This document shows, piece by piece, positions 62,697 to 64,000 of a stretch of DNA of 64,000 nucleotides; position 1 is the first letter of the stretch, and each line of letters opens with the position of its first letter. The translations under genes were made by a program, and so were the position numbers. Under the pieces are notes generated by a model, which was not told the DNA's origin, did not search any database, and worked only from the letters and a program-made list of their open reading frames with translations. Source of the stretch: Bugula neritina (taxonomy: Eukaryota; Animalia; Bryozoa); assembly GCA_964035545.1 (NCBI GenBank), contig OZ037772.1:1178001-1242000 (forward strand), given 5' to 3'.

Positions 62697-64000
62697 TGTT
62701 ATAATTTTCAGTTTAGGGTTGATATGCTATCCAGAGAGTCTATTTATCTAGTATAGAACTGCACCAGGCTAAGTCGAGTGAACGAGTATATTTTATTCAC
62801 AACTATACATCATAAAAACACGATACATTATTTCTAACAAGTTACACATCTAATCTATTTCACACTCTAGCTTCGACTGAGTTAGCAGCGGGAAACTACA
62901 ATTGCTGCTAACTATCAACTACGCTAATTGGCTATCCATTGTTCCGGGTCAATTACGCGACCCTACATGTTGTGCTGCTGGTAGTTCCACGAACCACCAC
63001 ACCGCCCCCACCAGCAGAAAGCCATCTTTCTGATAAATATATATAAAAACATTCAATAGTAATTGCATACATCAGTGGACAAAAATAATACATAATATAC
63101 AGGAAGAGACATAATAATACACAGAGTCGTTATAACGATCCGTTGCATACAATTGGCCAGCTGTAGATAGACGAGGAATACTAGCTAGCTGTGGTATTAG
63201 ACAAGGAATAACCTGTCTAGCAGTTAAGCATTTGCACGAGTTTGGTTCTTCACCAAATGTGGAGTATTCTGGATATGTATCTAGAGTCCTTGTTGGGCAC
63301 GCCGGTGCTTGGCTTGGCATGTACGCAGTTTCCGTTTCATACGGCATACGGATCCCTTCAGCTGGAAGAGTCCTGTGGTAGTGTTGAGTAGATCTGGCGC
63401 CAGCTGGGTGAACTCTTCTTGTAATCGTAGGAGGCGTTCTTCTACTGTAGCTAGTCGTACTGGGTCTGGGGACGGTGTCCGTCTGCGGCGTAATGGTGGA
63501 CTGGGGGACCTGGTCCGTCTCTTCGCCGGGGTAGGGGAGATCTCTCCTTCTTCTGGATATGTAGTTTCCTCGGGGGTGTAGGAAATGGGAGGGCGGTCAG
63601 ACACCAACGGGGATTGTTGGCGGGCGTTGTCTAACACACTTTGGAACCCCGAGGATAGAACGGCTAGTAGCATGGCCTTCTTTACCAGAGGTCGTATATA
63701 TGTGAGGAACTCCGGGTACAGCTTAGCGTCGACCACATAGTTTTCTCCAGGGAAACAGCCCGCCGCTCTGTGTCTGGTGACGGGGTAGGGATACACATCA
63801 TTGTACCCGCAGGGGCAGAAGGTCAGTAGGAGATGAGCGTTGACGTGTAGTTTGAGGGAGCGGTGAGAGGCGCAGTCTTCACCACAGATCTGGCATCTCG
63901 TCCGTCCTCTGGACCCCCAGGCTGTTTCTATTTCTTCTTCGGTTTGTGGAGACACCCACCGCCAACGACGGCGTAGTGGCTCAGGCCGGTCACCACTAGA
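62697..64000 (-). mobile_element. Ty3/Gypsy LTR retrotransposon, copy 3 (3' end only)
   Basis: 3' LTR 62697-63001 (subtype A), PPT and ORF3 on the minus strand. Confidence 0.96.
63281..64000 (-). CDS. Gypsy accessory ORF3, copy 3 (5' part outside window)
   Basis: Open frame nearly identical in protein to copies 1 and 2. Confidence 0.8.
   Translation of the reverse strand, partial: SSGDRPEPLRRRWRWVSPQTEEEIETAWGSRGRTRCQICGEDCASHRSLKLHVNAHLLLTFCPCGYNDVYPYPVTRHRAAGCFPGENYVVDAKLYPEFLTYIRPLVKKAMLLAVLSSGFQSVLDNARQQSPLVSDRPPISYTPEETTYPEEGEISPTPAKRRTRSPSPPLRRRRTPSPDPVRLATVEERLLRLQEEFTQLAPDLLNTTTGLFQLKGSVCRMKRKLRTCQAKHRRAQQGL

Overview
AT-rich eukaryotic (metazoan-type, intron-containing) DNA made almost entirely of nested transposable elements, plus one intact host gene. 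(1) Three near-identical copies of a Ty3/Gypsy LTR retrotransposon: 1-5214 (partial, pol has a nonsense codon), 23973-31467 (complete, ATAT TSD, tRNA-Leu PBS, -1 frameshift signal) and 62697-64000 (minus strand, partial). All carry a third, non-env gene after pol encoding a C2H2/C2HC zinc-finger, Arg/Ser-Pro-rich, coiled-coil protein. It appears to be expressed by splicing and shows mostly synonymous variation. (2) A TRIM gene with 7 coding exons (RING-Bbox-Bbox-coiled coil-beta-propeller, 619 aa) at 8072-15172. (3) The ~30 kb inverted repeat in the right half is best explained as a giant (~19-29 kb) hAT-type DNA transposon (16093-45145, 8-bp TSD TGCATTAG) inserted in reverse orientation into another copy of itself (starts 15382, resumes 45146, runs out of the window). 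The two copies then independently gained CACTA-type elements, an ISL2EU/PIF-Harbinger element with 1.08-kb inverted ends, and LTR elements, and they share a decayed R4/Dong-like non-LTR element. All alignments and counts were made by eye, and family names rest on motif recognition, not database searches.
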